A DNA stretch of 63,305 nt, the filler included, from Octopus bimaculoides (taxonomy: Eukaryota): the NCBI RefSeq assembly GCF_001194135.2. It is 5 parts of 5 records of this genome, joined end to end, with 100 filler letters (N's around TTAATTAATTAA, not from the genome) between each part and the next. Parts side by side here need not be neighbours in the genome. Positions count along the whole stretch, not along the records: positions 1 to 28,158 come from NC_068985.1; 4 more parts are not named here. One strand, written 5' to 3'. The translations under genes and the position numbers were made by a program. Below are positions 1 through 13,697 of the stretch, one piece after another (the stretch's first letter is position 1; every line of letters begins with the position of its first letter). The notes under the pieces are model-generated. The model worked only from the letters and a program-made list of their open reading frames with translations. It had not been told where the DNA came from and searched no databases.

Positions 1-10
1 ATATACATAT

Positions 11-853
11 GACGGGCTTCTTTCAGTTTCCTTCTACCAAATCCGCTCACAAGGCTTTGGTTGACCTGAGGCTATATAGTAGAAGACACTTGGCCAAGGT
101 GTTATGCAGTGGGACTGAACCCAGAACCATGTTGTTGAGAAGCAAGCTTCTTACCACACAGCCAAGCCTATGCCTATATGGTTGTTCATTTTTAGATTGA
201 CATTGTAGGTAGGTGCGAGGGGTCAGATTTGGCCAAACTGAACATGAAGCAGGTGGAGAGTATTTTGTCCAGATACAGTCAGATCAAATGCTAAAGGGTT
301 AAAAATCTTCCTGTGTTGGATCCTCACTGCACTTTGGCATCTTAAGAAATATAAAGTTTGCTACAACTGTTTTGCCTCAACAACATCTATTTAACATCAC
401 CCAGCAACACCTACCTAACAACTCACAGACACAAAATATATCTTCTTGAACTTTTGGCAGGTTACTTCGAAGAAATCTTAACAAATCAACCACCTGTACT
501 GCGGACTATGCTTCTCTAAACATCTCTTTCACTAAACAGATGACAGTTAATTAATATATTCAGGTGTAACACACACACACACACACATATAAATATATAT
601 ATATTAACCAGGTGGCACTAGTGAGATAAGCATGGTTTGAACCACTATCAGCTGGAACCTATCTCATCTAATTTTATTATATGCAGGGATTGACTGCATG
701 GTATGAAGTTTGTTTCCCAACCACTTGGTGCCAGGTTCAGTCCCACTGCATGGCGCCTTGGGCAAGTATCTTCTACTATAGCCTCAGGTTGACCAAAGCC
801 TTCTGAATGGATTTGGCAGACAGAAACTGAAAGAAGCCCGTCANNNNNNNNNN

Positions 854-899
<46 letters not shown>

Positions 900-1140
900 G
901 TGAATTTGATAGGTGGAAACTGTTGGAAGCCTGTTATTTGTGTGTGCACGTCTTTGCATTTGTTTGTCTCATCCTACAACCACTTGATAACCAGAGTTGG
1001 TTTGTTTACATCCCTGTAACTTAGCGCTCTGGGAAAAGAAGCAGATGAAATAAAATATCAGACTTAAAAAAGAAATGATTGGGGTTACTTTATCCAAACC
1101 CTTCAAGGCAGTACCCCAGTGTGGCCACAATACAATGATT
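11..1140. mobile_element. Cluster of SINE family A fragments (11-175 minus; 670-842 and 900-1140 plus)
   Basis: Matches to the family A head, core and tail segments. Confidence 0.7.
190..298. mobile_element. Right half of the same piggyBac-like MITE family
   Basis: Similar to 50150-50258; ends atgctaaaggg|ttaa. Confidence 0.55.
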
Positions 1141-1368
1141 GAAACATATAAAAGAAATGTGTGCGTGTGTATGTATGTATATATTGATTTGCCAGGATAG
1201 ATTGCTAAACACTACACATTCTTTATTTTCTCTCCTTGTTTCTTTCTGTGGAAGAGCATAGGCTCAAAAGGTTAAAGACTTCTTCAATTCCTGAGCGTTA
1301 TACTAATACATCTGTTTTTTGTCTACACTACCTGTCTTTGTCTGTTGTTCTTTTTTTGTGTGAATTCT

Positions 1369-1418
<50 letters not shown>

Positions 1419-3589
1419 GAGAGAGAGAGAGAGAGAGAGAAGGAGAGACAAATGGGGACAGAGAGAGAGAGAGGAGACAGATGGGGAAAGTGATTTAAGA
1501 AGGCTTTGCTCCAAGTAAAGACTAGGATTGTGATAACCTGTCCAACCCCCATGCCGGCAGGGACTGAAAAGGAGGGCAACACAATAATATAAGTTGTGTG
1601 TGTGTGTGTGTGTGCATGTGCGTGTGCACTTATACATGTTGGAAAGAGCTTCCAGCGAAGAAGTGATGCCAAAAAATGGAACGGAACAAGCGAGATGTAG
1701 TTGACCTGTCCAATCTGTGCCAGCAAGGAATGCAAATGTAGAACAAAAATAATTACACACGCACACACACTATATCCATACACATATGTGCTTCTCTGAG
1801 TGTGTGTGTGTGTGTGTGTGTATACACACAAGGGAAAGGGAGCACGTGTACGTGTATTTTGCATGCATATGCACACACATACACACACACACACAGAATG
1901 CTTATATAGAGACGATGGTGGTGGAGGTGAAAGTAGTGATGATGATGATGAAGGGGTTGGCGAGGGTTATGATAATGGTGGTGGTGGTGGTGGTGGCGGC
2001 ATCGATGGTTTTACATGAAGGGACCAGAGCCACATCAGAAAAGTAAAAGATCTCCCTGAAAGTTATTACAAGGAGAAANNNNNNNNNNNNNNNNNNNNNN
2101 NNNNNNNNNNNNNNNNNNNNNNNNNNNNNNNNNNNNNNNNNNNNNNNNNNNNNNNNNNNNNNNNNNNNNNNNNNNNNNNNNNNNNNNNNNNNNNNNNNNN
2201 NNNNNNNNNNNNNNNNNNNNNNNNNNNNNNNNNTGGATGGAGGCGGACGGACGGACGGTAGGGGGGCAGGGTGGGTGACAAGAGAGGAGGAGGGGAGTTG
2301 ACCATTAAACTGTTTGCTCTTTAAAGAGTTTTGCAAAAGGTTTTTAATCGGGTGCGCGTGCGTGTAAGGAGTGAAGAATAAGGCTGGGGTGGAGGTGGGG
2401 GAGAGAGAGAGAAGGGGCAAGCTTGAGAGACAGGGGACAAATTTATAGGGGTCACTAGAACAGCAGCTTAGATAAGAGTGCTGTTGTTTTTAGGTGATGG
2501 TCACACACACACAAAGTCACATATACGCATAACCAAAACAAAATATACACATACACATGCGAAACCATCAACAAGATGCCCCCCCCCCCACCGAGCTTAA
2601 AAGACAAAGAGAGACACACATCCACAGGACCAAGATGGACAGTAACAACAACTCTGAGCAACCAAGGGATTCTCATACTCCATGTGATTACTCTATTTGC
2701 TAGAAACTGTAGCTAAATCTCCCTCAAATCACATTATTAACATCGCAAAAACAAAGGACATGCGCGAATAAGAGATAGATGTCATCATGGATACATTTGT
2801 ACAACAACCACAGAATGTAATCAAAGGCTCCTCATATTTAATGTGGTTGCTCTGTTTGTTAGAAAAAGTAGTTAAATCTCCCTCATATCACATGGTTGTC
2901 TCAGGAAAAAAAAAATCAAAGGACACATGAGACAAATGTAGTTATAGAAATACTATCTCTGAAAGAAAGACAAAAAGAAAGAATGGTCTCGACTTTGATC
3001 AGAACTTTGGTAATCAACACCACATGCGCAAAAATGCATAGATTTTTATCACATTATGGAATAATTCTTTGGAGAATGGAATCTCTAAGTAGATGCAAAA
3101 TAAGTAGAAAAGAAAAAAGAAAAAAAATCAGCAAAATTTCTTTAAAATAATAAGAAAACATTGGCATTGAATTCTAGAAGGATACCACTCAGGTGAAAAC
3201 AATTAATGGAAAACAGGTAAATGGAGGTGTTTTATTAGGTCTATTAGGATAGAGTGAGATTAATGTAATTATTTGGACTAAGATTCATCCAGGTTAATTA
3301 TTCATTTGGATATCAGTATGAAATCATATGGGATATTTTATGTTGTATCTTACATATTGTACGAATATATATCCACAATATATATGTATACATATATACG
3401 TGCGAGTAGAGAAATGAAAGAAGGGCACTCAATAGATTTATTGGGAGTTACATGTATAGGTTAAAACAGTTCGATTCAAGTTCCTTGGTACTCCGAGTTT
3501 GAAGGTGTAATGCTAATCCTCAGGCATTGGAAATTTGAATCTGTTTTTACCCATATATACATATATAAATATGCATATATATTTTCTTC

Positions 3590-3985
3590 TACTCTAGGCA
3601 CAAGGCCCAAAATTTTTGGGGATGGGGGGGGAGGGGCAGTCGATTAGATTGACCCCAGAACATAACTGGTACTTAATTTATTGATCTCGAAAGGATGAAA
3701 GGCAAAGTCAACCTCAGCAGAATTTGAAAGACAGACGAAATATCACTAAGCATTTTGCTTGGCATGCTAACATTTCTTATTTCTTAAAATGGACAAACAA
3801 GGGCAGACAAAGGGATTAAGTCGGTTACATCGACACTAGTGCGTAACTGGTACTTATTTAATCGACTCCGAAAGGATGAAAGGCAAAGTCAACCACAGCG
3901 GAATTTGAACTCAGAACGCAACGGCAGACGAAATACTGAGAAACATTTCACCCAGCGTGCTAACATTTCTGCCAGCTCGCCGCTT
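3590..3985 (-). mobile_element. Two tandem SINE family B copies
   Basis: Reverse complement: ctggtacttaatttattgatctcgaaaggatgaaaggcaaagtc occurs twice. Confidence 0.8.
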
Positions 3986-4431
3986 TACACATGCAATATA
4001 TATTGATTGTTGAATGACAAAGAAAAACGAATATATTCAAATGCTTTCCAGAATAAACATACACCTCACTTTAATGATTCCGAGTAAGCTACAAGATGTT
4101 GCACAAACATTCAGCTTTGGAGCACTCTGCTTCTAATAGCAGAAGCAACTGTATGCTAATGAAGTTGATTACATAATTTCTCTTCTCTACGTCGCTCAAC
4201 AATTAATCCTACTCTCAGTGTTTGCTAAACACTTCTTTCGAAAGCGTTAAGTATATTGGGCTCTAACGACTGGTTATTAGTATCGCTATAGCTAAGCAAA
4301 ATCATTGAATACATGTGTGTGTGTGTGTCTATATATATATATGTGTGTGTATATATGTGTATGTATATATATATGTGTGTGTGTGTGTATATATACGTGT
4401 CTGTGTGTGTATATATGTATATGTATATATG

Positions 4432-4499
<68 letters not shown>

Positions 4500-5190
4500 T
4501 ATATATACACATATATATACACACACACACACATATATATACATGCATAAATGCACAATATATATAACAGAGATAAAGAGAAATGGTAATAGAAGGGAGG
4601 GAGAGAGTGGGGGGGAGGAAGAAAGAAAAAAAAACAGAGGTTGGGGGAAAGGCAGTATCACCTCCCCCTCCTTGAACCTACTAGATTGTTCCAGATTATT
4701 TGGACAGGGTCCAAGAGAAAAGAAATTCTTCCAGAGGCACTTTGAAAGACAACGACTAATTTTAAGTAGTTTAGCATTTTAGGTATTGTATTTGTCTTTG
4801 AATGCAGTCACCACGCTCATTATCGTTTGCCATAATTACACCAAAACACTGAAAATACCTCCTGATCTTAATTAGTACAAGATTCCTTCTTTCCAGAGCA
4901 ACTTATTTCATTAACAGACTTCAACTGTTAGATTCCAGAGCAAACTTGCATAGCAGAGTTTAAAAAAAAATAATTTGTTCTTAAAAATTTTTTTAAAACC
5001 CCAAAAAGCCCTTTTGAATGCAATTTGATTGACAACAATAGCAAAGGTTTACAAGTTTAATTTTTTCTGTTTTTTACAAGTTTTATTTTTTGCATCTATC
5101 CTAGTTAATTTCACAAGGTACTGTTGTTATTGTAGAAAACCTGTTAGAATATATGAGTGTGTGTGTGTGTGTGTACACACACACACACAC

Positions 5191-5223
<33 letters not shown>

Positions 5224-5989
5224 TTTGCATATACATGCATGTATAAATACATCATTTCTAAGTCTTCAATTGGTTATTGGTTAATGTCCTGGATGATCAA
5301 TCATATCAATAAAGGAAAAGAAAAAAAAAATATACAAAACAAATAAATATTAAATAAAATAATTAATTATCTCAGACATGAAAACAAAGATGCAAAACTG
5401 TGTTGGTAACACACAAACACACAATGTATTCCTTACATCAACACACACACACAAACACACACATTGTATATTATATTTTATACCAACAAATAACTAATGA
5501 AGTAGCAGAAATGATTCACATAATTGCTGCTAACGATCATTAAACCTGGCTCGTTAAATTATATATAAGTTAATGACAATTAATGATGTGTCAAATGAAA
5601 GCGGTGGCCATTTTGTTTTCATTGTTATAATTTTCCTTGTATTTTTTTTTTTACTTGTTTTAGTCGTGTTGGATTGTGGCCATGCTGGGGCACCACTTTG
5701 AATTGTTTTTAGTCAAGCAAATCAACCCCAGTACTTATTTTATTGATATCTCTTGTTGAACTGCTAAGTTACATGGATGTAAACAAGCCAAACCAACTAC
5801 TTTTAGCCATTAGCCTACCATAATAATAATAATAATAATAATAATAACGGTTTCAAATTTTGGCAAAAGACCAACGATATTCTAGGGAAAGAAGACAAGT
5901 CAACCGTAACTGGGTTTGAACTCAGAATGTAAAGAGCCAAAGAAATGCTAAACATTTTGTCTGACGCACCAATGTTTCTGCAATCGCAC

Positions 5990-6345
5990 TGCAGGCATAG
6001 TGTGAGTGGTAAGAAGCCTGCTTCCCAACTACATGGCTTCAGGTTCAGTCCCACTTTGTGGCACCTCGGGCAGATGCTTTTTAGTATGGCCTTAGGCCGA
6101 CCAAAACATTGGGAGTGGATTTCGTAGAGGGAAACTGAAAGAAGCCCGTCGTATACATATATATGTGTGTGCGTGTGTATGTCTGTGTTTGCCCACCACC
6201 ACAACTACTTGACAACTGGTGATGTGTTTACCTCCCCATAACTTAGCGTTTCGGCAAAAGAGATTGCTAGAATAAGTACTAGGCTTTAAAAAAATGCTCC
6301 AGCATGGCCGCAGTCAAATGACTTAAACAAATAAAAGACATAAGA
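5990..6345 (+). mobile_element. SINE family A
   Basis: Same head, core, internal microsatellite and tail. Confidence 0.8.
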
Positions 6346-7342
6346 TAAGAGGAACAGATGTCTTTGAATTTCTGTGTTACAGTTGCCGTCCACTCGCACC
6401 ATTCCTTAGAGGTATGCTGCATCAACCCGCCCCCCTTTATAAGTGAGGCTACTGGCATTAGAATTTGAAATGGCTGCTATCGTCTGATTATTACATCAGA
6501 ATGTGAACTTACTTGTATGATCTGATTAATATATCATAGTCTTAAATGAGTCACAATTTTACAGACCTTTGTTGCTAGTTATACAAGTCTTTTTATTTAG
6601 AGCAAGGTCCTTCCTTCTTTGGCAGCTGTTTACTTTACAAATGTTGATGATGATTATGTTATTGTCATCAAAGACAAGTTTTGCTTCTTTCATCTAATGA
6701 ACAAAATGTCTTTGTAATTCCATACACACACACACATACATACATACACATTTATACGCACGCGTGTGTGCAGATTATATACAGATATAAAAATACATGC
6801 ATACATACATACACATATGTAAACATCTCTCTACGCACATACATGCATAGCTTTTATATACACGTGTGTATATGTAAGCATAAAAATATACACGCATATA
6901 CACACAATGTGTAGTAGTGGTGGCGGAGATGGCAGGAATAATAGGAAAACCCACGAAAAATAATAAGACAGAACTTCTACAGTTGGCAACATAAATACAA
7001 TGTGATAGATCCCTATATCTCGGTCACATCAATATCCAAACAAAAAATACGAGAGAACTCTAATGAAGATTTAGTATTTAGTATTTAAATTTATGGCCAA
7101 TGAGAGACGACAGTCTCTGTTGGGTCTTCCAAGGAATTTGATGATTTCAGTGGGGGGAACAAAAAAAGATGCCACATACACACGTAGTGACCATGTTAAT
7201 CGTGCAAATCTGCACGTAGAAATCAGAGCATGGGTCTGAAAACAGTTTTCTCCCTATTTCTGTCTGTCCGTTTATGTATCTCACACACGTCTACAAATAC
7301 CTAATCAACAACACACTAACACACATTCATTCATACACTCAC

Positions 7343-7415
7343 CAAGATTGCGTTGAGCTACTGAGAGAGCCTCCTCTATACAGTCGCTCATCTTAGCCAA
7401 ATCTCTCTCAAATCC
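7343..7415 (-). CDS. Candidate orphan internal exon of an unidentified gene (GFERDLAKMSDCIEEALSVAQRNL)
   Basis: Polypyrimidine acceptor cctttccttttatttaag, donor G|gtgagt, 73 nt open only in phase 0, protein-like helical peptide in non-repetitive sequence. No family recognised. Confidence 0.5.
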
Positions 7416-7609
7416 CTTAAATAAAAGGAAAGGACACACATTCAACTTAGAAATGTGAGGTATACATGAAGAGAGGATCATTAGAGTTGAAATGTCCATT
7501 GATCTTAGTTTTTGTTTAATAAGAGCTGAGCTGGGGTTAGTTAGCCAAGTGTTTAACATGTAAATGTGCCAAATAGTTTAAAGGCTGTGTGTGTGTGTGT
7601 GTGTGTGTA

Positions 7610-7676
<67 letters not shown>

Positions 7677-9081
7677 CAGGGATTAGCATTGAGTATATAT
7701 CTATATCTGTTTAAATATATACGTTACGCAAGCCTATGTATAAGTGCAAAAAAACGTGTATTTAATTTTATGTGTGTATATATGTATGTATATATATATA
7801 TATACATACACACACACATATTGTCTGTATGTACTTTATTACGCACACAAATATGTAGCAATGTTTATACATACCTACTCACACACGCTTATGTATATGC
7901 AGATAATATACATTTATACTGATATATAAATCTGAGTGCGTGTGTAGCCATACAAACACGCACAACATCAAAAACCATTTCTTCCAGATCATAAACTTTC
8001 CATTATCATTCAGATACAATTCGAAGTCTGTATTTGTGTGTATATATGTTTGTGTGTGTATGCGAGTGGTGTTTGTTGTGTACGCGTGTATATTGAAATG
8101 TCTGACTGGTTACATATTCTCCTAAAAGCCGAAGTACAAAAAGAAAAATCCCCCGTAATTACATCAGTGTAGCTCCTCTCCAGTCCTCCACCCAGAGTAA
8201 AAGAATGACTGTGTGTGTGTGTGAAAATCCTTCGTAAATATATATATATATAGCTGGACTCCGTCCTCTCCATATACAGATGTAGGACAGATGAATGATG
8301 TGCATAATGCGTGCGTGTGTATACACACACAAATGTGTGTGAATATGTATAAATATATATGAAAGAGTAAAAGCTATAGGGATAGAGACAGACTATTAAT
8401 TAGCGATAGAAACAAACAGAAAGATAGATAGATAGATAGATAGATGCATACACATATATTATTATACACGAACGAAGCTTTAGGATAATGTTCAGTTCAT
8501 GCTTCATTGAATCTAGTTTTGATATAACCATGACCGGTTAACATTCGAAGAGAAGAGACCATTGTGCATAGAAATTAGGAAAAAAAATACGCCCTCTAAG
8601 TTAAAACATTGTTCTGCTTTTTAAAAAGTTTGCTGAAATGGGGCAACGGCTAGTGGCTTCCTTTTTCTTTTTCCTCACCAATATATGAAGGAATAATCAA
8701 ACGACTATATACACACACGTGCGTACGGTGTGTGTGTGTGTGTGTATACAATAGGGTGATTGTTTCACTTATTACTCACAAGGAAAAGTCTGAGTGATAC
8801 CCAGCTGGTGAGTGTATATAATATATACATTTAGAAATAAAATGTAGTGGTGGTTTTGTAGCTACGACTTGAAATATGTGCTTGATAAGCGTATATTATT
8901 ATATATTTATATTCATCGCTTGTTTTATATATATTTTTGTCCCCTAAAGATATGTATACATTGAAAAAGAAGTCCTTTAGTAGTGGCGGAGTTTGGGCCA
9001 TCAGCCTCGGACGAATAAATAAACAATATATCAATTGAGTACTTTTCACCTACTTCTACATATTTATACGCGTGTCTAGAT

Positions 9082-9405
9082 CAGGGGTTCTCAACCATTT
9101 CTCATGGAACCCTTTGGTTACTATTTTATTCTGGTGGACTCCAATAGCCATTTGATGCTTAAAAAGTAGTTTTATAGAAACTTCTTTCAAAATTCCTATT
9201 TTGTTTTTTCAAATTGTCGTTTGAACCTATATAAAGTTAGAGAAAGAAACCCAGCCGTTTCTCGCAATACATATCAATACATATATCTAAACCAAAGTTT
9301 TTCAGGGGCCTTTAAAAAAATATTGTGGATCCTCAAACTCCACCCCGCCGAAAAATCTTACATGGACCCTCAGGGGCCATATTGGAGCCCGATTGAGAAA
9401 CACTG
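9082..9405. mobile_element. hAT (Charlie-type) MITE
   Basis: TIRs caggggttctcaacc / gattgagaaacactg. Flanking 8-mers gtctagat / gtcaaaat (2 mismatches) match the Charlie NTCTAGAN target preference. Confidence 0.75.
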
Positions 9406-9461
9406 GTCAAAATTATCTATGCATCCATACGCATGAACACACGTATGTGCGTGCATGTGTG

Positions 9462-9493
<32 letters not shown>

Positions 9494-9535
9494 CGTATAC
9501 ACACTGCACGCACAATCATACATATATTTTTACAA

Positions 9536-9631
9536 TAAGGGTGGTGACAGAGTTTCGGCCAGGTGGCTTTTATCGGACTGTCCAATGAAGCCGAGCAGGC
9601 TGAAACTTCGAAGTCGCTATCACTACTCTTA
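9536..9631. repeat. Head-to-head inverted pair of degenerate hammerhead-like units
   Basis: Plus: CCAATGA-AGCC(gagca)GGCT-GAAAC-TTCGAA-GTC. Minus: CCGATAA-AAGCC(acct)GGCC-GAAAC-TCT-GTC. They meet at the centre ggac-t-gtcc; outer arms taagggtggtga / tcactactctta. Confidence 0.5.
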
Positions 9632-9822
9632 CTCTAAAAGTATTCTATAAAAAGTATTTAGTAACACTTCAGTTTAATGTAAGATTGTTTTTATCGTAAC
9701 TCGACATAAAAAACAAATATTGCCTCAAAAGAGCTGCAGTCTAATGACCGGGTTTGGTCATGTCATGCAGATGGATGCCGACAGCTCCATTGACCTAGGA
9801 GGACATGGGATGATGTAGTGAA

Positions 9823-9883
<61 letters not shown>

Positions 9884-10409
9884 GAACACACACACGTTGG
9901 TCAGCGGTGAGTTGAAATTAAACTGCCGGATTCTAGAAATACAATACTGACCAAGTAATAAACCAGATATATTAATGAATTAATTAAAAGAAATAAACTT
10001 TGAAGCGTAAGGATATTCGTTACAGATATGGAGATATTTACGAATAAAGATTATTATTATTGTCATTGAGAAACGCTTTTAAAAACACTTGTTCTAGATT
10101 TCGTCGTCGTTTGTTTAACATGAATGTCTTTTTTATTTTTTATCTTGTTCAAATCCTAACAAATCGTAAAGCTGTCACCGTGAGATAGTATTAGGTGTTT
10201 AACATAAACAAACTTATCAAAACTATTCCAATAGGCTATTGGGAATAGAATAAAGCGGTAATTGAAGAGGACAACATGGAGTGAGGTGTGTGTGTGTGTG
10301 TGTAGAAAACGGGTGTTGTTGTTGTTAAGTATTGGCTTCAAATCAGTCCTGATAAAGCAAAACTATAAAAGCTACATTAAGGTAATTCAGGCCATGAAAA
10401 TCCCAGTAG

Positions 10410-10850
10410 GATCGTTAGCACGCCGGACAAAACGCTTAGCGGTATTTCGTCCGTCTTTACGTTCTGAGTTCAAATTCCGCCGAGGTCGACTTTACCCTTT
10501 CATCCTTTCGGGGTCGATAAATTAAGTACCACTGAAACATTGGGGGGGAGGGGGTCCGATACAATCGACATAATCTTCTCCCCCAAGCTGCCCTTGTGGC
10601 AAAAATTTGAAATCATTATAATTATTAATATTGATATTATTATTATTATTATCATCATTATTATTATTATTAGCGCGCCGGACAAAATGCTTAGCGGTAT
10701 TTCTCTCATTGCTACGTTCTGAGTTCAAATTCCGCCGAGGTCGACTTTGCCTTTCATCCTTTCGGGGTTGATAAATTAAGTACCAGTTGCGCACTTGGGT
10801 CGATGTAATCGACTTAATCTCTCCCCAAAATTGTTGCCCATGTGGCAAAA
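10410..10850 (+). mobile_element. Two tandem SINE family B copies (Nin-domain-like core)
   Basis: B-box gagttcaaattcc and core gcctttcatcctttcggggtcgataaattaagtaccag, which resembles the Nin SINE domain. Separated by (TTA)n. Confidence 0.8.
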
Positions 10851-11274
10851 TNNNNNNNNNNNNNNNNNNNNNNNNNNNNNNNNNNNNNNNNNNNNNNNNN
10901 NNNNNNNNNNNNNNNNNNNNNNNNNNNNNNNNNNNNNNNNNNNNNNNNNNNNNNNNNNNNNNNNNNNNNNNNNNNNNNNNNNNNNNNNNNNNNNNNNNNN
11001 NNNNNNNNNNNNNNNNNNNNNNNNNNNNNNNNNNNNNNNNNNNNNNNNNNNNNNNNNNNNNNNNNNNNNNNNNNNNNNNNNNNNNNNNNNNNNNNNNNNN
11101 NNNNNNNNNNNNNNNNNNNNNNNNNNNNNNNNNNNNNNNNNNNNNNNNNNNNNNNNNNNNNNNNNNNNNNNNNNNNNNNNNNNNNNNNNNNNNNNNNNNN
11201 NNNNNNNNNNNNNNNNNNNNNNNNNNNATATTAGTTTACGTTATTCATTATTCGGATGAGATTAGATTTCTTTT

Positions 11275-11485
11275 CTACTCTAGGAACAAGACCAGAAATT
11301 TCGGGAGAGGGGGGGGGCAATTGATTAGATCGACCCAGTACGCAACTGGTACCTAATTTATCGACCCCGAAAGGATGAAAGACAAAGTCGACATCGGAGG
11401 AATTTGAACTCAGAACGTAAAGGCAGACGAAATACCGCTGAGCATTTCGCCAGGTGTGCTAACGATTCTGCCAGCTCGCCGCTTT
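11275..11485 (-). mobile_element. SINE family B
   Basis: Complete reverse copy ending ctgccagctcgcc. Confidence 0.8.
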
Positions 11486-11514
11486 TGGATGTGATTAGAT
11501 ATTGTTATGAACAA

Positions 11515-11840
11515 CAGGTGTGGCTGGGGTGCTAAGAAATTTGCTTCAAACTGCTTGATTCCGGGTTCGGTTCCACTGCGTGGCACCTTGGTAGCCTTGC
11601 GCTGACTATGAATGAGAGTGGATCTGGTAGACGGAAACTAAAAGAAGACCGTCGTATATTTATGTGCATATGCATGCATGCATGCATGCGTGTGTGTGTG
11701 TTTGTCTCCTGCCACCGCTTGGCAATCGGTGCAGGTGTGTTTATGTCCCCGTAAATTAGCGGTTCGGCGAAGGGACACCGATAAAATAACAGGCTTAGCA
11801 ATAAAAATAAATAAGTACTAGGGTCGATTTATTCGACTAA
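11515..11840 (+). mobile_element. SINE family A
   Basis: ggttcggttccactgcgtggcaccttgg..gaaactaaaagaagaccgtcg..ccccgtaaattagcggttcggc. Confidence 0.8.
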
Positions 11841-12561
11841 AAATATAGACAACATAGAAAGAAAGCAGTCAATGTTGAAGTAGAGTCCTATTATTGTGGA
11901 TCTACAATAAGTACTGCAGGACCGACATAACGCCTCGTTACTGAGTGTCGTTGGTTTTGTAGCACACACACACGAGAGCGTGTGCGTATGCATGTGGGGG
12001 TATAACAAATGAATGCACAATGCACATATTATGTAATAGAAATAGATAGGTTGGAAAGGTTGTTGTTGGTGTTGGTGGTGGTGGTGGGGGGGAACGAGGA
12101 TGAAGTGACAAAATGAAAATTAGGAGGCTCGTGGTGATGATGATGGTGGTAGCGGCGGTGGCAGTTGCTGGAGAACGAACTTTAAGATGACATGAAGACA
12201 CGAAGAGCGTTTTTCAGTTTTAATACGCGTAGAAAAAACAAAAATCATAAGATTTATACCGTGAGAAATAAGAGAGAACTATTTTAACACGTTTATCGTT
12301 ATAACTCACTGAATGATAAAGTAAATAAATAAATAGATTAAATAATTTATGAATAGAAACTAAGCAAGACGATTCTTCAATAGTGAAGTTATTCTTCACA
12401 GCCCCAAAATTTCGTTCAGTAGAGAGTTCTATTGCCAAAGGGAACGGACTACGCAATCTTAGCCGAACTGGAAGGAAGGGAAGCTCTTTGTTTTCTCTCT
12501 TTCAGCTTGAAGACTATATAACACTTTGCGTACTCGTATACACACGACCTAGCGTACGTAC

Positions 12562-12597
<36 letters not shown>

Positions 12598-13656
12598 CAG
12601 AATGGGACATGGACGCAAAACATCAAGACAGGTGATACAAGAAAGGGACAAAACATCCAGATAGACGATACAAGGAAACAAGGACCGGTCATTCTGAGGA
12701 AAGAAAACTCCGAATGACCTGTCCTGGTTTTCTTTGTATCGTCTATCTGTATGTTCTGAAAGAAGCCCGACGTATATATATATATGTGTGTATGTGTGTT
12801 TTTCCCTCCACCAACATCGCTTGACAACCGATGCTGGTGTGTTCACGTCCCCGTAACCTAGCGGTTAAGCAAAAGAGACAGATAGAATAAGTACTAGGCT
12901 TACAAAGAATAAGTCCTGGGGTCGATTTGCTCGACTAAAAGCGGTGTCTAGCATGGCCGCAGTCAAACGACCGAAACAAATAAAATAAGATATATACAAA
13001 TTATAAAAATTATATTAAAAAAAATATACAGTACAGTACTGTTTCTATTTTGCAGATTTTCACCTATCGCGAGGAGGGGGGTGAACACAATAGTCGAGGG
13101 ATTTACTGTATATGCAAGTATCGAGTTGTATTCAATTAGTTCCACCAAAACTATTTATGAGTGTGTGTGTGTATGTGTGTTATTAATTACGGTGCTGTAT
13201 GTGCATTTCTCCCTCTAACCCACCCCCTTCACACAAACATAGATATAAAAGACGATATCAGAGTCGAACTTGAAATCTAATAACCAGTTTCTGGGGAACA
13301 ATACCATCTTTGTGTAAAGTTACTCGTTGAATGTCTCCCATGTAAAGATCACAGCTGCAAATGCAACTCGCCAAGAAGACACAGCTGTACACACACACAC
13401 ACATACAAAGGAAGGTGGGGAGGAGGGAGAAACTGATGAGACTCAATCCTACATTGAGATGTTTCAATAATAACCACATCCACGTGACCGTGTTGAAATC
13501 TTCGATGTATGTGTGTGTGTGTGCATACGTTAATTTATGTCGAGTGAATGAGAAGAGAGTGCTCAATACATGATGTAGAGGATATGTATTTTTTGTTTGT
13601 TTATTTTTTTAAATTGAAATCGGAGCTCAGAGTTTATCTCGCGACTCGAATTTCAC

Positions 13657-13697
13657 TTCGCCTGAAGATCGTAGTGGCGTGAAACTAGAGTCGCAAA
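13657..13697 (+). ncRNA. Hammerhead-like motif embedded in a 78-nt hairpin (13629-13706)
   Basis: TCGC-CTGAAGA-tcgtagtggcgt-GAAAC-TAGA-GTC-GCAA: intact core and GUC, but stem II closes with a U.U mismatch. Confidence 0.45.

Noticed and set aside
1242-1277. Hammerhead-like remnant (GAGC/GCTC stem)
   Set aside because: Core (ctgtgga) and GAAAC/GUH are both degenerate here; too weak to call.
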